64,000 bases of DNA from a virus. The translations under genes and the position numbers were made by a program. Below, piece after piece: positions 28,701 to 38,222 of this stretch (positions are counted from its first letter, which is position 1; each line of letters opens with the position of its first letter). The DNA is taken from IMG/VR virus record IMGVR_UViG_3300027985_000891, positions 1 to 64,000 of that record; one strand, given 5' to 3'. The notes under the pieces are model-generated. The model had not been told where the DNA came from. It searched no databases and saw nothing but the letters and a program-made list of their open reading frames with translations.

Positions 28701-31475
28701 ATCCCGCTTAGCCATGACTATCTTAAAGGGAGAGATAGGACAGAGTGGTTTAGGTAGTTGATCATCAGGTGGAAGTGTAATTCCATCTAGCTCTATACCT
28801 AATAGTCTGACATAAGTATCATGCCATTCTACATTGGCTCCGTCTCTTTTATGAATAGTACCTACTACGTTTGATACATAATGCGTACTCTGTGCATTGT
28901 CCGGAAAGGTATGATGTCTGATATTTCCTTCGGGAAACATTCGTTGTCCATTACAATCGCAGATATCCGGATATGGAATATTAGATGTGTATACTTCAGT
29001 AGCACCAGACCCCAGGAGGCGAGGGGACTCTTCAATGATGTCTTCTCCATACGCATTGACCCATTGATCTCCACGAATAGAGGCACCAGAGCCGGTAACC
29101 ATACCAGGGTTAAAGTCTCCCTTGGATACTGGATTACCGGTCTTGGGTTTTGTTCCTCCCCCTGTATACCGTCCTCCTTTACTGAATTCCCATGGTATCT
29201 TTTTTACTTTAAAGTACTCACGGTCAATGACGCCTTCATCCTGGAGCTTTTGTGCTGTCTCCTTGATATTGGCAGTCTCTCCCAGTGGTGGACAGATTTT
29301 AGGTGGTGCATTGTCTTGAGTGTATTCAATGAGGTTCTCCATCGCATTCTGCACTGCGTCAGAGACATCATCAATATCTTGTTGCCATGTGATACCAAGC
29401 TCCGGTGTATTAAAGAATTCACCATAGTGCTCGGCTCCATCAGCAGCTTCGGGTTTCTCGTGTGAGTCAATGGCATCGATATCTTCTTTAATTCGATCCT
29501 CCAGTTCATCATTTTCTTCACGTACATCGTCTGGACAATCGGGATCTCGCATGCGCTTGTATGCCTCTTCCGTTTCATATTGAGCTGAGTCGTATTGTGC
29601 TGAGGATCCTCCACTTGCCGATCCACCTCCACCTGCTGAACCTCCACCACCGGATCCTCCTGGTGTCGAAGAAGAACTTGAACCGGCACTGGCATTCACC
29701 AGGAAATTATCAATAGCTATATCCGACAAATCACCGGCAGACTGTGCCGTAAACTTGAAGGTAACAAAGGTATCAATGAACTGAAAAAGTGGTATATTGA
29801 TACTCTTCCAGTTCTCACTTTGATCTGATGCACGATAGAACAATTGATAAAAATTTGTTCCATCCGTACTGGCCTCAAGTTTAAGTGAGCCCATGTCCAT
29901 ACCTTTCATGTGATAATCAAAACTCACATAGGCGCTGGATTTATCCTTAAGGTTAAATGTAGGTGTTTGTACAACAGCTTGATCGCCATCATTTCCACTC
30001 CCTGGGGCATAGTAATACTTTAAGAGATGATTGGCAGCATCCGGACCGGTACCCACAGTAGGAGTAGGACCCTGCAATGACTCCCAATCATAATCTCCTT
30101 TATTTAACCAACCTTCTACTTCATCCTCAAAACTCTCTTGATAAGGATAAGTAGCAATTACTTTTGTAGCATTTAAAGGGGCAGTATCAGAATTAACTAT
30201 GGGTACTCCACCAAATGTGTATCCGGTAGTTCCAATGTTGCCTCCTTCAGGTACGTCGTCAATAGCAGATCCAACGCCTCCTCCGCCAAATTCAAAGTCA
30301 GGGTTAGGAGTTGCGCCTCCGGTACCCCCACCTCCTCCTCCTGCCGGTATATGGAAAGCATGTGAATAAGTGCCATCACAGTACTTGAGTACAATTCCCA
30401 GAGCGTAAGTTTCTCCACGCATAAAAGAGGGAAAGTGATACCTTGCCTGTGTTTCTGCAGCAACTTCAAACTCCCTCCATCTAACCTGAATGTTGTTAGC
30501 GTATGGTTGATAGTTTGGCAGTATTTCCTGCTTAATGCAATAGAGGAATAATCTCCCATCCTTTTGAGTAAGATCTTTTCCACGTAAGTATTTCTTTCCT
30601 TTAACTAGAATCTCCTCCAACTGTACTGGAGTAGCATCAGGATTATCTCCATAATACTCATAAGTAATTGACTTAGAGTTATATGCAAGAGGTGGTAGGA
30701 TCTCAGCAGTTGGTACACCTTTAATGCGTTTAACCACTGCAAGATTCAGAACATTATATCCTTTCTCCAACTGGTCCACCATCACCTTAATGCTCCAGTT
30801 TCCTATTTCTCCTCCGATATTGTTTTCGGAACCTACGTAAACTGGAGTAGATAAATCAAACCAGTTGGTCTGGTTACCATCATTATCTTCCAGTTGTGCT
30901 ATGAATTGATAAGATCCTGCTGCCAGAAATCCACCACCTTCAATAGGTACCGGTGTGATCTTGGGGCCACAGAGACATCTAAATAGCTTAAAGTAATTAC
31001 AACCCTGGGCAAGAGCACAAGCTCTTCGTTCAGGAGATAACATCTCGTCTATATTGACGACATAGTATTCGCAGTTAGAAGAGAAGTATACATGCAAATC
31101 ATTACAAGGCTGCATGTTCTTGAACTCTCCATAGATAAACTCGCATCGTCCAAATCCCCAGTCACATCCGGCTTCTCCACCATCCATGACTTTCTCTACT
31201 TCACCGGTATCATGAGACACCAGATAAAGACCATTATCACTGGCAAAGTAAAGTGTTGAGTTTCGCTCATCAATAAATGTTCCCCCTACAATGGTAGCAG
31301 GTACTGTAGCAAACTGCTTGGTACTGCTTTCATTAGTTGTTATATTGGAATACTCTTGAGATTCATGGATACCATTAAGCATATAATTGTAGGTACCTGC
31401 CGGTTGAAACTCCGGTAAAGAATCCATATAAAGACCCTTCTCAAATGTATTGACGATTATGTTATCCTTGCTCAA
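25788..31475 (-). CDS. Tail stabilisation / muzzle protein (crAss Tstab-like) with inserted MAM domain
   Basis: 1895 aa after the tail tube gene. N-terminal KGLYMD...NG motif, SFMRGETYALGI, C-terminal WTASY...WISFHSYLP signature typical of crAss-like Tstab. Confidence 0.85.
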   Translation of the reverse strand: MSKDNIIVNTFEKGLYMDSLPEFQPAGTYNYMLNGIHESQEYSNITTNESSTKQFATVPATIVGGTFIDERNSTLYFASDNGLYLVSHDTGEVEKVMDGGEAGCDWGFGRCEFIYGEFKNMQPCNDLHVYFSSNCEYYVVNIDEMLSPERRACALAQGCNYFKLFRCLCGPKITPVPIEGGGFLAAGSYQFIAQLEDNDGNQTNWFDLSTPVYVGSENNIGGEIGNWSIKVMVDQLEKGYNVLNLAVVKRIKGVPTAEILPPLAYNSKSITYEYYGDNPDATPVQLEEILVKGKKYLRGKDLTQKDGRLFLYCIKQEILPNYQPYANNIQVRWREFEVAAETQARYHFPSFMRGETYALGIVLKYCDGTYSHAFHIPAGGGGGGTGGATPNPDFEFGGGGVGSAIDDVPEGGNIGTTGYTFGGVPIVNSDTAPLNATKVIATYPYQESFEDEVEGWLNKGDYDWESLQGPTPTVGTGPDAANHLLKYYYAPGSGNDGDQAVVQTPTFNLKDKSSAYVSFDYHMKGMDMGSLKLEASTDGTNFYQLFYRASDQSENWKSINIPLFQFIDTFVTFKFTAQSAGDLSDIAIDNFLVNASAGSSSSSTPGGSGGGGSAGGGGSASGGSSAQYDSAQYETEEAYKRMRDPDCPDDVREENDELEDRIKEDIDAIDSHEKPEAADGAEHYGEFFNTPELGITWQQDIDDVSDAVQNAMENLIEYTQDNAPPKICPPLGETANIKETAQKLQDEGVIDREYFKVKKIPWEFSKGGRYTGGGTKPKTGNPVSKGDFNPGMVTGSGASIRGDQWVNAYGEDIIEESPRLLGSGATEVYTSNIPYPDICDCNGQRMFPEGNIRHHTFPDNAQSTHYVSNVVGTIHKRDGANVEWHDTYVRLLGIELDGITLPPDDQLPKPLCPISPFKIVMAKRDLNDRSIIAKGMVTACFTGIIKGREHAFPKHGVNSFECVDRYIENGESKIGSNSSPNCYNFHSLDTNAQKLPLMGDRFKNYLELYGSGWRHGLYAKGKTDNWFSDTRVDQRGARQSVSLPGQLPKSGDVEITGMSYAPADSVVSGPSISLPLMNRNRESSVYMQLGGGLPGLSNGKRGAESDASFVGDVLDHECPIKTAAAWYGAVFREIPDQYGTVENMRYIDTGINATAVHGMAGPGSTVSISGIAGDVFIGPYSIKRTGYVSNKVGDKFPVANGSCDGRDAPWKRERDICDHPWDMNFQYLGLEHWPTRIPESGDAQDPKNWAGLHTTGVTDSCECAANKSAPDSDYYYPKVQKTLVTYWGEFEVNPYFRQTGAGPQKEEGKVFYPKLKDLWLDSSDSEDRPWEDCWLNRFYCRVEQPSVSTLMLKSLIRTGLGLIAPAFAAAQAIELESIPDSILTFVIFPLLAAVWNYMLHTTFNDRWVDRILHIPRCRRDEEGGEDERCDRCPQVVQFEDNFHGYQFDFSKRNDVQSFYGIPRNYNTCKCDDCFENETTQEVYYSEKQVLTSQIDAYRNFKSNNFRFIPAHAGYLRKLFVESGRFYAHCTDGVWLIKYSTALLPSTAGNLVVGKGDLLTDPELIMEFSQEGFAGLQDRNAAICTNTGYYWPDADGSCLYRMSGGQVERISDYGVKNFFKRSMRFCSPETCRDEKVRGVYYSLGYDHRHDRLLFTKQDGDVCSSWTASYDPRRKAWISFHSYLPMMYIWDRNNMYSVEPGTGKIWIHDTRVDSFQTYYGSYQPFIIDFVAHQDNAESWRYQSTMLDTEAKIARQNDYLHERHNTFTHLGVWNGTQSSGMHPLLPRTDNPDRENNLLEQARDHKVGIDAVYDQKQWRINELYDFVVDQDFAVTTKPCACSPFVNLEDVNAGILDKQTQEGRIYSQRYMIHRYMLNKADHAKFQLYVKSNITYIQEPT

Positions 31476-32497
31476 AACAATCCTTTTTTGTAACCAGACC
31501 GATAGCCTTTAAAATTGTTTGTTTGATCAGGATACATAAACTGATCCCGTTGTCCTCGATTGAGATTGTTTTCCCAGTTATAATAGGGAACAACCTTTCT
31601 CCAATGATTTGATACAAACTGCCACCATTCATCCGGATCCGGCATTTGAAGAGTAGATGTCGCTTGTTTAATTTTTTTGTTCTTCAACTCTACCATCTGT
31701 TGCCAAAAGATTCGGTCAGCTTGTTCCCTGGTAAGTCTGTATCTACGAAAGGCCATGCGCTCTTCTATATACCAGTTAATAGCTTCAAAGACTAATGGTA
31801 CATTAGGTACCATTAAGTATCCTTCATTATCTGTCATGTAAGACAAATAGGATAGGAGTACTTCACCTTTGGGAAAGTTGACAATAATATTTGGTGGATG
31901 TACATCATATTCGATATGACAATCTGTTCTTAAATTCAGACACTCATCAATATGCCATGGTACATTAAAGAACTGATTAGATGTTTTCCTCATTAGTCTG
32001 AAACGAGGATCATAAAAACAACATTCTCCTCGACCAGTGTTTCCACCTGAAGTATGAAAGTGTTGCATATATCGACTAAACAATTCCGGATGTGCTGTCT
32101 CATAAATACGATTCACATCTACTTCAAGTACATTCTGTCCACATCCACATTTCTCTGTATGACACTTAGGACACTTGAGATTAATCTCCAGCTCACATTT
32201 AGATCCAAAAGCTTTCTGCGTAAACTGACTAACCTCTTCTCTAAGACAACAATTCTGAGGATCAATACGATATCCTGCCTGTACAATGAAGCGCATGTTC
32301 TTAGGAAAGGCAGTCTTGTAGTCACGAACATCCAGGACCTCTATTCGATGTACCAGTTGTTGATCCGTTGTAAACCGGGATACAGCATCGTTTGCTTGCT
32401 TTAATATCCATGGTTCATCCAACTCTCCCTCATGTCCAGAAAAGTCTATGTAGTCTTCCAGTACTGTCTGGATAGATATGAATTCATACTTTGCCAT
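31472..32497 (-). CDS. Tail tubular / ring protein (crAss Ttub-like)
   Basis: 341 aa. VNFPKGEVLLSY...DNEGYLMVP...EAINWYI motif; position between the IHF-like and Tstab genes. Confidence 0.8.
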   Translation of the reverse strand: MAKYEFISIQTVLEDYIDFSGHEGELDEPWILKQANDAVSRFTTDQQLVHRIEVLDVRDYKTAFPKNMRFIVQAGYRIDPQNCCLREEVSQFTQKAFGSKCELEINLKCPKCHTEKCGCGQNVLEVDVNRIYETAHPELFSRYMQHFHTSGGNTGRGECCFYDPRFRLMRKTSNQFFNVPWHIDECLNLRTDCHIEYDVHPPNIIVNFPKGEVLLSYLSYMTDNEGYLMVPNVPLVFEAINWYIEERMAFRRYRLTREQADRIFWQQMVELKNKKIKQATSTLQMPDPDEWWQFVSNHWRKVVPYYNWENNLNRGQRDQFMYPDQTNNFKGYRSGYKKGLF

Positions 32498-32970
32498 TAT
32501 AAAACATCATAGTCTTTTATTTCCGGATCTGATGCACACTTCTTAATGTGACGAGCTAAAGCTTTAGTCGCATTTCTTACTGGTTTGAAAGAGTAAAATA
32601 TTTCACTCCCCATTGAATTCCTTGGACCTCTTTCCCACTTCCATCTAAAATAGTACCGGTCAGTATGCATGTTGAGAAAGTATACAATCTTTCCTAACGC
32701 CTTACTTTTGTTCCAGTCTATCCGATGTGCATTGAGCTGCGTCCTCAGATGTCTATATTTTCGAATGCATATCTTTCCTCTCATATAAGGTATATTGAAA
32801 TGCACCCGGTTTTCAATTATCTCATCTCGTAGTATCTCCAGCATTCTGGAACATACTTTTCTAAATTCTTTCTTGGTCCTCGTTCCTCCTCTCGCTACAT
32901 AGTCTTTATAAAAGTCATTGATCGAATATGTATAATGATATCCTTCTGCGTTCTTATAACTACTTAACAT
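32497..32970 (-). CDS. IHF/HU-like DNA-binding protein of the crAss structural module
   Basis: 157 aa, basic. FNIPYMRGKICIRK, IDWNKSK...YFLNMHTDRYYFRWKW, FYSFKP motifs; conserved position upstream of Ttub. Confidence 0.75.
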   Translation of the reverse strand: MLSSYKNAEGYHYTYSINDFYKDYVARGGTRTKKEFRKVCSRMLEILRDEIIENRVHFNIPYMRGKICIRKYRHLRTQLNAHRIDWNKSKALGKIVYFLNMHTDRYYFRWKWERGPRNSMGSEIFYSFKPVRNATKALARHIKKCASDPEIKDYDVL

Positions 32971-33697
32971 TTATTTTGGTACTAGTGATATTATCATTAT
33001 CATCCTCAAGTATATCTGTACCCATTTGTTTAGCTCGATTGATCTGACCAATAGCCAAATCATAGACAGCCGGTAATAGGTCCGGATCCAGGATGAACTC
33101 TTTATTCTGTGGTTCCTGACAAGGATCTACATATCCCTTGCAGTCTGGATAGTATTGTACTTCTAAGGGGTTCTCAAAGATACCGGTAACAGTAACATGC
33201 TTCTTATGCACATCATTGTACAGGTATAGATAGGTTCCCTCAGATCTGGTTTTAACTGTATAGTACGCATAAGTACGTTGTGCGGATATACGAGAAGTAA
33301 TCTTATTCTTCATCCGTTCCCACTCTACATAACTATAAGTTACCTGACCATCTTTGGAGGTAACTGACTTTAATCGATCAAGCGGTTTAGGAATAGGATA
33401 TTTGATCTTAAGCCATTCGCATCCCGGAGCGGGAGCACATGGACATTCACTCGCGTTGGTCTTTTGAAGAGGTATGCAATCGATTGTTTGATAGTTCCAA
33501 TGAGACAGGTTTCTGTTTCTTAGAACTTTCTCACGAATCAACTTGGCCCTATATCGCAGAATATAATAATAAACCAGCCTGGTCGACCAACCACTCTGAT
33601 TTGATATTTGAACCTTGTCTGCCACCAACGTCCTAAACGCATTAATCACCTCGCGGTTGGTTATTCCAACCTGGAGATGCTTATGGTTTGTGGCCAT
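32960..33697 (-). CDS. Tail ring protein (crAss ring/neck family)
   Basis: 245 aa. YRAKLI, QTIDCIPL, YLYLYN...VTGIFENP and acidic DDND C-terminal motif as in crAss ring proteins. Confidence 0.7.
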   Translation of the reverse strand: MATNHKHLQVGITNREVINAFRTLVADKVQISNQSGWSTRLVYYYILRYRAKLIREKVLRNRNLSHWNYQTIDCIPLQKTNASECPCAPAPGCEWLKIKYPIPKPLDRLKSVTSKDGQVTYSYVEWERMKNKITSRISAQRTYAYYTVKTRSEGTYLYLYNDVHKKHVTVTGIFENPLEVQYYPDCKGYVDPCQEPQNKEFILDPDLLPAVYDLAIGQINRAKQMGTDILEDDNDNITSTKINVK

Positions 33698-33699
33698 AC

Positions 33700-34467
33700 T
33701 TACAAGCTTGCGAGTTTAGATTCTGCTTCTGTTAACTTTTCTTCTAATGATGCTACTTTCTGAAGCAACTGTTGTATCTGTGCTTCATAGTCTGGTGCTT
33801 CTAATAATAGGATGCGATCCTTAACCGAACACATCTCCCGGTTCACCAGTTCCCGGTATGCTTTGACCGTAAGGTCTTGAGCACTACCTGTAGTATAATC
33901 TCGCACATCCATGATAGCGATCTTATCTCCTACTTCGGCAGTATTATATAGGTTGATTGTTTTAAGAAGTTCTATTTGTCCACATGGGCTTGTAATCCTT
34001 ATTTTCATATCTGCTACTACAGGATACTCACTAGGATTGATTACTACTGAACTATTAATATTGTTAGTACTTAATAAAGGTAAAGTAGATTTTGTGCCAT
34101 TGATGACTATTGAAGAACTTATGATTGAGAACCCAGAGGGGAGGGCTGAGCGTATATCACTCATATCCCAGGCAAAGTTTATCTCTCCAATGGAGTTAAT
34201 TGTACATCCATACCGTATTGTCTTATTGACAATTTGAGAAACACATAAACTTGAACCGGATCCTCCCAGACAATACATGTTGGCATCCACGGTATCATCC
34301 TGATCATCATTTGGAGTAAGATCTATGACACCGGCAAGTTTCTCCAAAACATAGTCGAGACTATCTCCAATGTCAACACCAAGAGCCGGTATATTGATAC
34401 CAACTTTGACACACTTTGCATTCGTTACATTGGCAATGCAATCAGCAGGAACTTGTTTTTCAGCCAT
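33700..34467 (-). CDS. Hypothetical structural protein with C-terminal coiled coil
   Basis: 255 aa, co-oriented in the operon. KCV...LGVDIGDSLDYVLEKL N-terminus and heptad-rich C-terminus. Confidence 0.6.
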   Translation of the reverse strand: MAEKQVPADCIANVTNAKCVKVGINIPALGVDIGDSLDYVLEKLAGVIDLTPNDDQDDTVDANMYCLGGSGSSLCVSQIVNKTIRYGCTINSIGEINFAWDMSDIRSALPSGFSIISSSIVINGTKSTLPLLSTNNINSSVVINPSEYPVVADMKIRITSPCGQIELLKTINLYNTAEVGDKIAIMDVRDYTTGSAQDLTVKAYRELVNREMCSVKDRILLLEAPDYEAQIQQLLQKVASLEEKLTEAESKLASL

Positions 34468-34477
34468 AGTTTATTAT

Positions 34478-34618
34478 TTAATCACAGCACCCTTCCCGCT
34501 CTTTCTCCTTTTGAGCTTCACGTTCCAGGTATCGATCGTGCGCTTTGAGCATTAAAATTAAACATAAAGCCACAATAACTCCCATAGTTATTATACCTAC
34601 TACAATGTTACCTTCCAT
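34478..34618 (-). CDS. Small single-pass membrane protein (46 aa), not in the ORF track
   Basis: MEGNIVVGIITMGVIVALCLILMLKAHDRYLEREAQKEKEREGCCD. ATG overlaps the upstream TAA (TAATG) and the ORF fills the gap. Confidence 0.7.
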   Translation of the reverse strand: MEGNIVVGIITMGVIVALCLILMLKAHDRYLEREAQKEKEREGCCD

Positions 34619-36228
34619 TAGTATTCTTTTCTTTTCTCATAATCATAGGTTTCAATGCGATGATGTGCTACTGGAGAGGCCAATAGTATACCTGCTTTAA
34701 TCTCATTCTTCTTAGTACGCTCATATACATAAGCCATTACCAGATTCTCTGCTGGCCATAAATACTCTCTGTCACTAAAGATCTTTTTGCTTCCCTGTTT
34801 ACTAATCAGATGGGGCCAATTACAGAAAAAGATCTCTCCTATAGCATAGGCTACTTGATTATAATTATTGATATAGTCTATCTTGGTAGTGGTAGGTCCT
34901 TTACGTTCACCGAAGAACTCTTTACGCTTATCATTATTAACATTGTACCAAGCTACCTGGGTACTATTATTATGAAAGTGTTCACTGAAGCTTAGCTTAA
35001 GAAAATCGAGTTCTTCTTTTTTCATAATACGTAAACACGAGCGTAGCAGGTCAGGTACATTTCTGGTAAATCCTGACCTGCACACTCCTTGCTCTTCAGT
35101 AAGTGTCATATCATCTTCAAAGAATAACATATACTCATGAGCACTGTCATGAAAATGTTTGGCGGCAAACTCGCGTCCACCAGTGATTCCTATGTTATCT
35201 TGCTTGAGATGTGTGAAACCATACTTGTCACATAACTCTATATATAGTGGTTGTGTATCAGTCTCTGTAGAATTATCAATCAGGTATTTCTCAGTAAGTG
35301 TTAGTAGTTTTTTATCATACTTCTCCAGACTTTGTATAAGATACTCAAACTGTTTTGGCGTATTGAACGATATCACATAGAGTGCAATCTGTTTTCCAGT
35401 TTGATTTCCTTTGATTACTTCATCAAAGAAAGGTCCTATCCATCCATCTTGCAACTTATGAATACCCATAAGTTCAGGATATCGATGGGCTATAATTGTG
35501 AAGATCGATTCTTCAGTACCCATGTATCCTTGGTCAAGTGTCTCAGCTAACAAACCATAATAGATCCCATTGACTTCTTCAATTACATCTCCACTACCAC
35601 CAAAGAATCCTCCTCGTACTACATAATCTACAAAGTCTACTTCACAAAATTTATTCATCCCTTCCCGGGTAAACCCATGGATCTCCGTATTGGAATGATA
35701 AGGGTAGGACAACCATATGCTGTCGTAATTACAGATATAGTCATCCCATCCATTTGTAAGGGTTTGAAGTCCAACAGTATTTGTTATGCCGGCATCCAAC
35801 CAATAAAAGTGTGTAGAATCAAAAGGATTCCATATCCTTGCATTGTTGAGTAGAAATATTTTACTCATCACTACCGGATTATACCACTCAAGAGATGCTT
35901 GAGGTGAAGCTTGTAGCCACCCTCCTTCTCCGGTCTGTTCATACCAAGTCTGGGTAGTCCGGATAGTCTGGACTTTTTCCCAATGTGGTTTAAAGATTTG
36001 TTCTTTAATATCCTCCAGTTCAAATATCTTGATAAAAGTATTATGATCTTTTCTTCTATCTCTTACCCATCGTTCAAGCTTAGATGGCACATAGATAAAC
36101 ATGTGCATATCAACTTTAAGCAACTCTTCGAACCGAGCCATATAATGATCTTCAAACTTTCGCTCAAAACCTTGGGTTAGATCTGCACGACCCATATCCC
36201 ATAGACCGGTAACTAACACTGGACTCAT
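34618..36228 (-). CDS. Two-domain glycosyltransferase: HtrL/YibB(WlaTC)-like N-domain plus GT-A (GT2-like) C-domain
   Basis: VTGLWD, YNPVVMSK, NPFDSTHFYWLDAG, GGFFGG, GTEESIF; then YVISFN...IDNS...NIGITGGR...FFEDD. Confidence 0.75.
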   Translation of the reverse strand: MSPVLVTGLWDMGRADLTQGFERKFEDHYMARFEELLKVDMHMFIYVPSKLERWVRDRRKDHNTFIKIFELEDIKEQIFKPHWEKVQTIRTTQTWYEQTGEGGWLQASPQASLEWYNPVVMSKIFLLNNARIWNPFDSTHFYWLDAGITNTVGLQTLTNGWDDYICNYDSIWLSYPYHSNTEIHGFTREGMNKFCEVDFVDYVVRGGFFGGSGDVIEEVNGIYYGLLAETLDQGYMGTEESIFTIIAHRYPELMGIHKLQDGWIGPFFDEVIKGNQTGKQIALYVISFNTPKQFEYLIQSLEKYDKKLLTLTEKYLIDNSTETDTQPLYIELCDKYGFTHLKQDNIGITGGREFAAKHFHDSAHEYMLFFEDDMTLTEEQGVCRSGFTRNVPDLLRSCLRIMKKEELDFLKLSFSEHFHNNSTQVAWYNVNNDKRKEFFGERKGPTTTKIDYINNYNQVAYAIGEIFFCNWPHLISKQGSKKIFSDREYLWPAENLVMAYVYERTKKNEIKAGILLASPVAHHRIETYDYEKRKEY

Positions 36229-37031
36229 GGTATTAATATATTTTCATAGTGATTATAAATATCTGGAAAGTGTTTTTGAAAACTAAATCTTCCATGGCTT
36301 CGATGTGGACTAGTTACGTGCAATGCTGTGATAGGAATATTCATCTGTGCATTGTAAAACTTATCTCCCTCTTTATAGATACCCCAGTCAGGTAAGCAAT
36401 TGTAGGCAGTGCTGCAAATATTTACATCCTCTTTATGAAGATAGTAATACATATTTAATACAAGAGTGTCAGTCCCATAGACATCATACGCTATATCAAA
36501 ATCTATTAACCACTCTTGCAATCGAGCGAACGCACAATAAGCTTTTACAGTACCACCTACAAAGCCTACCTGTAAAACATATCCTAGATCTTTCTTAACA
36601 TCTTCATACATCTCTTTCATTGAATGATGACCCATCTTAAGACAACCGGTTAGAAATCCTTGCCAGGTTGCATCATGTGTACAGGTTAAACCTTTACTGG
36701 TTCCTATCTCGTGCAAGAAGAGTGGAGCTATTTCATCACAGAACCATACGTCAGCATCATAGACAGCTAGTAGTGAATCAGGTTCATCTCTAAAATATTC
36801 AGCTATAGAACTGAATCGATCACATACATTAGACTTAAGTTTGTCAATTGATGGTATGATTTCTATATTGTTATCTTCTAGTATGTTTATTTGTTCTACA
36901 GTTAAACCTAAGTCTACTACATGAATCTTATCGTTCCAAGACCCCAGGGAGCGGAGGGAAGCTATAAATGGAACTAACATAGACTTATAAGCCTTTTCAT
37001 CACATGCCGTTACTATATAAAGATTAGTCAT
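36225..37031 (-). CDS. GT-A fold glycosyltransferase (GT8-like)
   Basis: IVTACD N-terminus, SLRS, YDADVWF DxD motif, GFVGG, YNCLP, LH. Confidence 0.7.
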   Translation of the reverse strand: MTNLYIVTACDEKAYKSMLVPFIASLRSLGSWNDKIHVVDLGLTVEQINILEDNNIEIIPSIDKLKSNVCDRFSSIAEYFRDEPDSLLAVYDADVWFCDEIAPLFLHEIGTSKGLTCTHDATWQGFLTGCLKMGHHSMKEMYEDVKKDLGYVLQVGFVGGTVKAYCAFARLQEWLIDFDIAYDVYGTDTLVLNMYYYLHKEDVNICSTAYNCLPDWGIYKEGDKFYNAQMNIPITALHVTSPHRSHGRFSFQKHFPDIYNHYENILIP

Positions 37032-38222
37032 TTATCTTGTGTTACCATAATGAATAACTTTTACTCCAGGTATATCCGGACACTTTCTCCAAGGATCAAC
37101 TACAATCGATCCTGGAGCAATTATCGAGTGATCAAAATCATTATCATCTTGTACATTATAAGTTGCATAGCTGGAATGAGCTATCAAATATACTGCTGGA
37201 TTCTCGAGAATATTTTTAGGAGGTTTCTCGAAATATTGGTCATAATAATAAACTTCTCTTCCTAACTTCTCTACATAATATCCTACTAACATACTAGGAG
37301 AACCTTCTGTATAAGGCACTTTAGGTTTGTAGGTCTTACCCAATATAACTATAGGTAACCTATAGGAATGTAGCTTAATGGCCATATTCTTAGCCTGTCC
37401 CTCTCTGGCTTGCATGATACCACTAAATAAATCATAGTTCATATCCAGTTTATTAGCAAGCCAGCTAAGAGCTATGTTGTCTCGAGGATGACATGGTCCT
37501 CCATCACCCATACCAGCGATCATATACTTAGGGCTCATGATTCGCATATTGCTATGAGCCAAGGCATGAGTAACGACATCTACATTCATGTGTCCTAATT
37601 TTTCTGCTACATCCTGAATCATATTAACCAATGTAAGTTTAGCAGTGATGAACGTATTGTAGAAAATCTTAATTGACTCTGCTTCTTCCCAGGTACCTCT
37701 AACTATTCGAGGACTACGAGCTACTGTCTTATAGATTTGCTCTAAGCTATCCATTGCTGCTTCATCTTCTCCTCCCATGATAACCATTTCCGGTTTAATC
37801 ATATCCCAGCGTATGGTACCCATAGCTATAAGGTAAGGATTATAGATAAATCTCATGCCTTCAATATGAGGTAAAAGTACATTGCGAACTGTACCGGGAA
37901 GACAAGTGGATATCAAACAAACAATTTGATCTGACTTGACATAAGGTTTAATCGCTTGAAGTGCTTCAATAACATAGTCATATTTAAAGTTCTTAACTGG
38001 AAGACTTGTTGTAGGATTGGATCCGTCATATTGACTATCGTGTGGAGTCTGCACAGCAATAAAAATAAACCTGGCACCTTCAATAGTTTCCTGGACAGTG
38101 TCACACACCTTTACTTTTTCTGAAGTACGTGTGACAATATCGTAGCCAGTAACTGTATAGTGTTCTGCAAATGTTTCTGCACAAGTAAGCCCTAGTTTAC
38201 CTAGTCCTATAAAACTTATCAT
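37032..38222 (-). CDS. UDP-glucose/GDP-mannose 6-dehydrogenase family protein
   Basis: Rossmann GLGKLG, FIAVQTP, ST..PGT, AESIKIFYN, catalytic GGPCHPRD, LGKTYKP, VVDPW. Confidence 0.92.
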   Translation of the reverse strand: MISFIGLGKLGLTCAETFAEHYTVTGYDIVTRTSEKVKVCDTVQETIEGARFIFIAVQTPHDSQYDGSNPTTSLPVKNFKYDYVIEALQAIKPYVKSDQIVCLISTCLPGTVRNVLLPHIEGMRFIYNPYLIAMGTIRWDMIKPEMVIMGGEDEAAMDSLEQIYKTVARSPRIVRGTWEEAESIKIFYNTFITAKLTLVNMIQDVAEKLGHMNVDVVTHALAHSNMRIMSPKYMIAGMGDGGPCHPRDNIALSWLANKLDMNYDLFSGIMQAREGQAKNMAIKLHSYRLPIVILGKTYKPKVPYTEGSPSMLVGYYVEKLGREVYYYDQYFEKPPKNILENPAVYLIAHSSYATYNVQDDNDFDHSIIAPGSIVVDPWRKCPDIPGVKVIHYGNTR

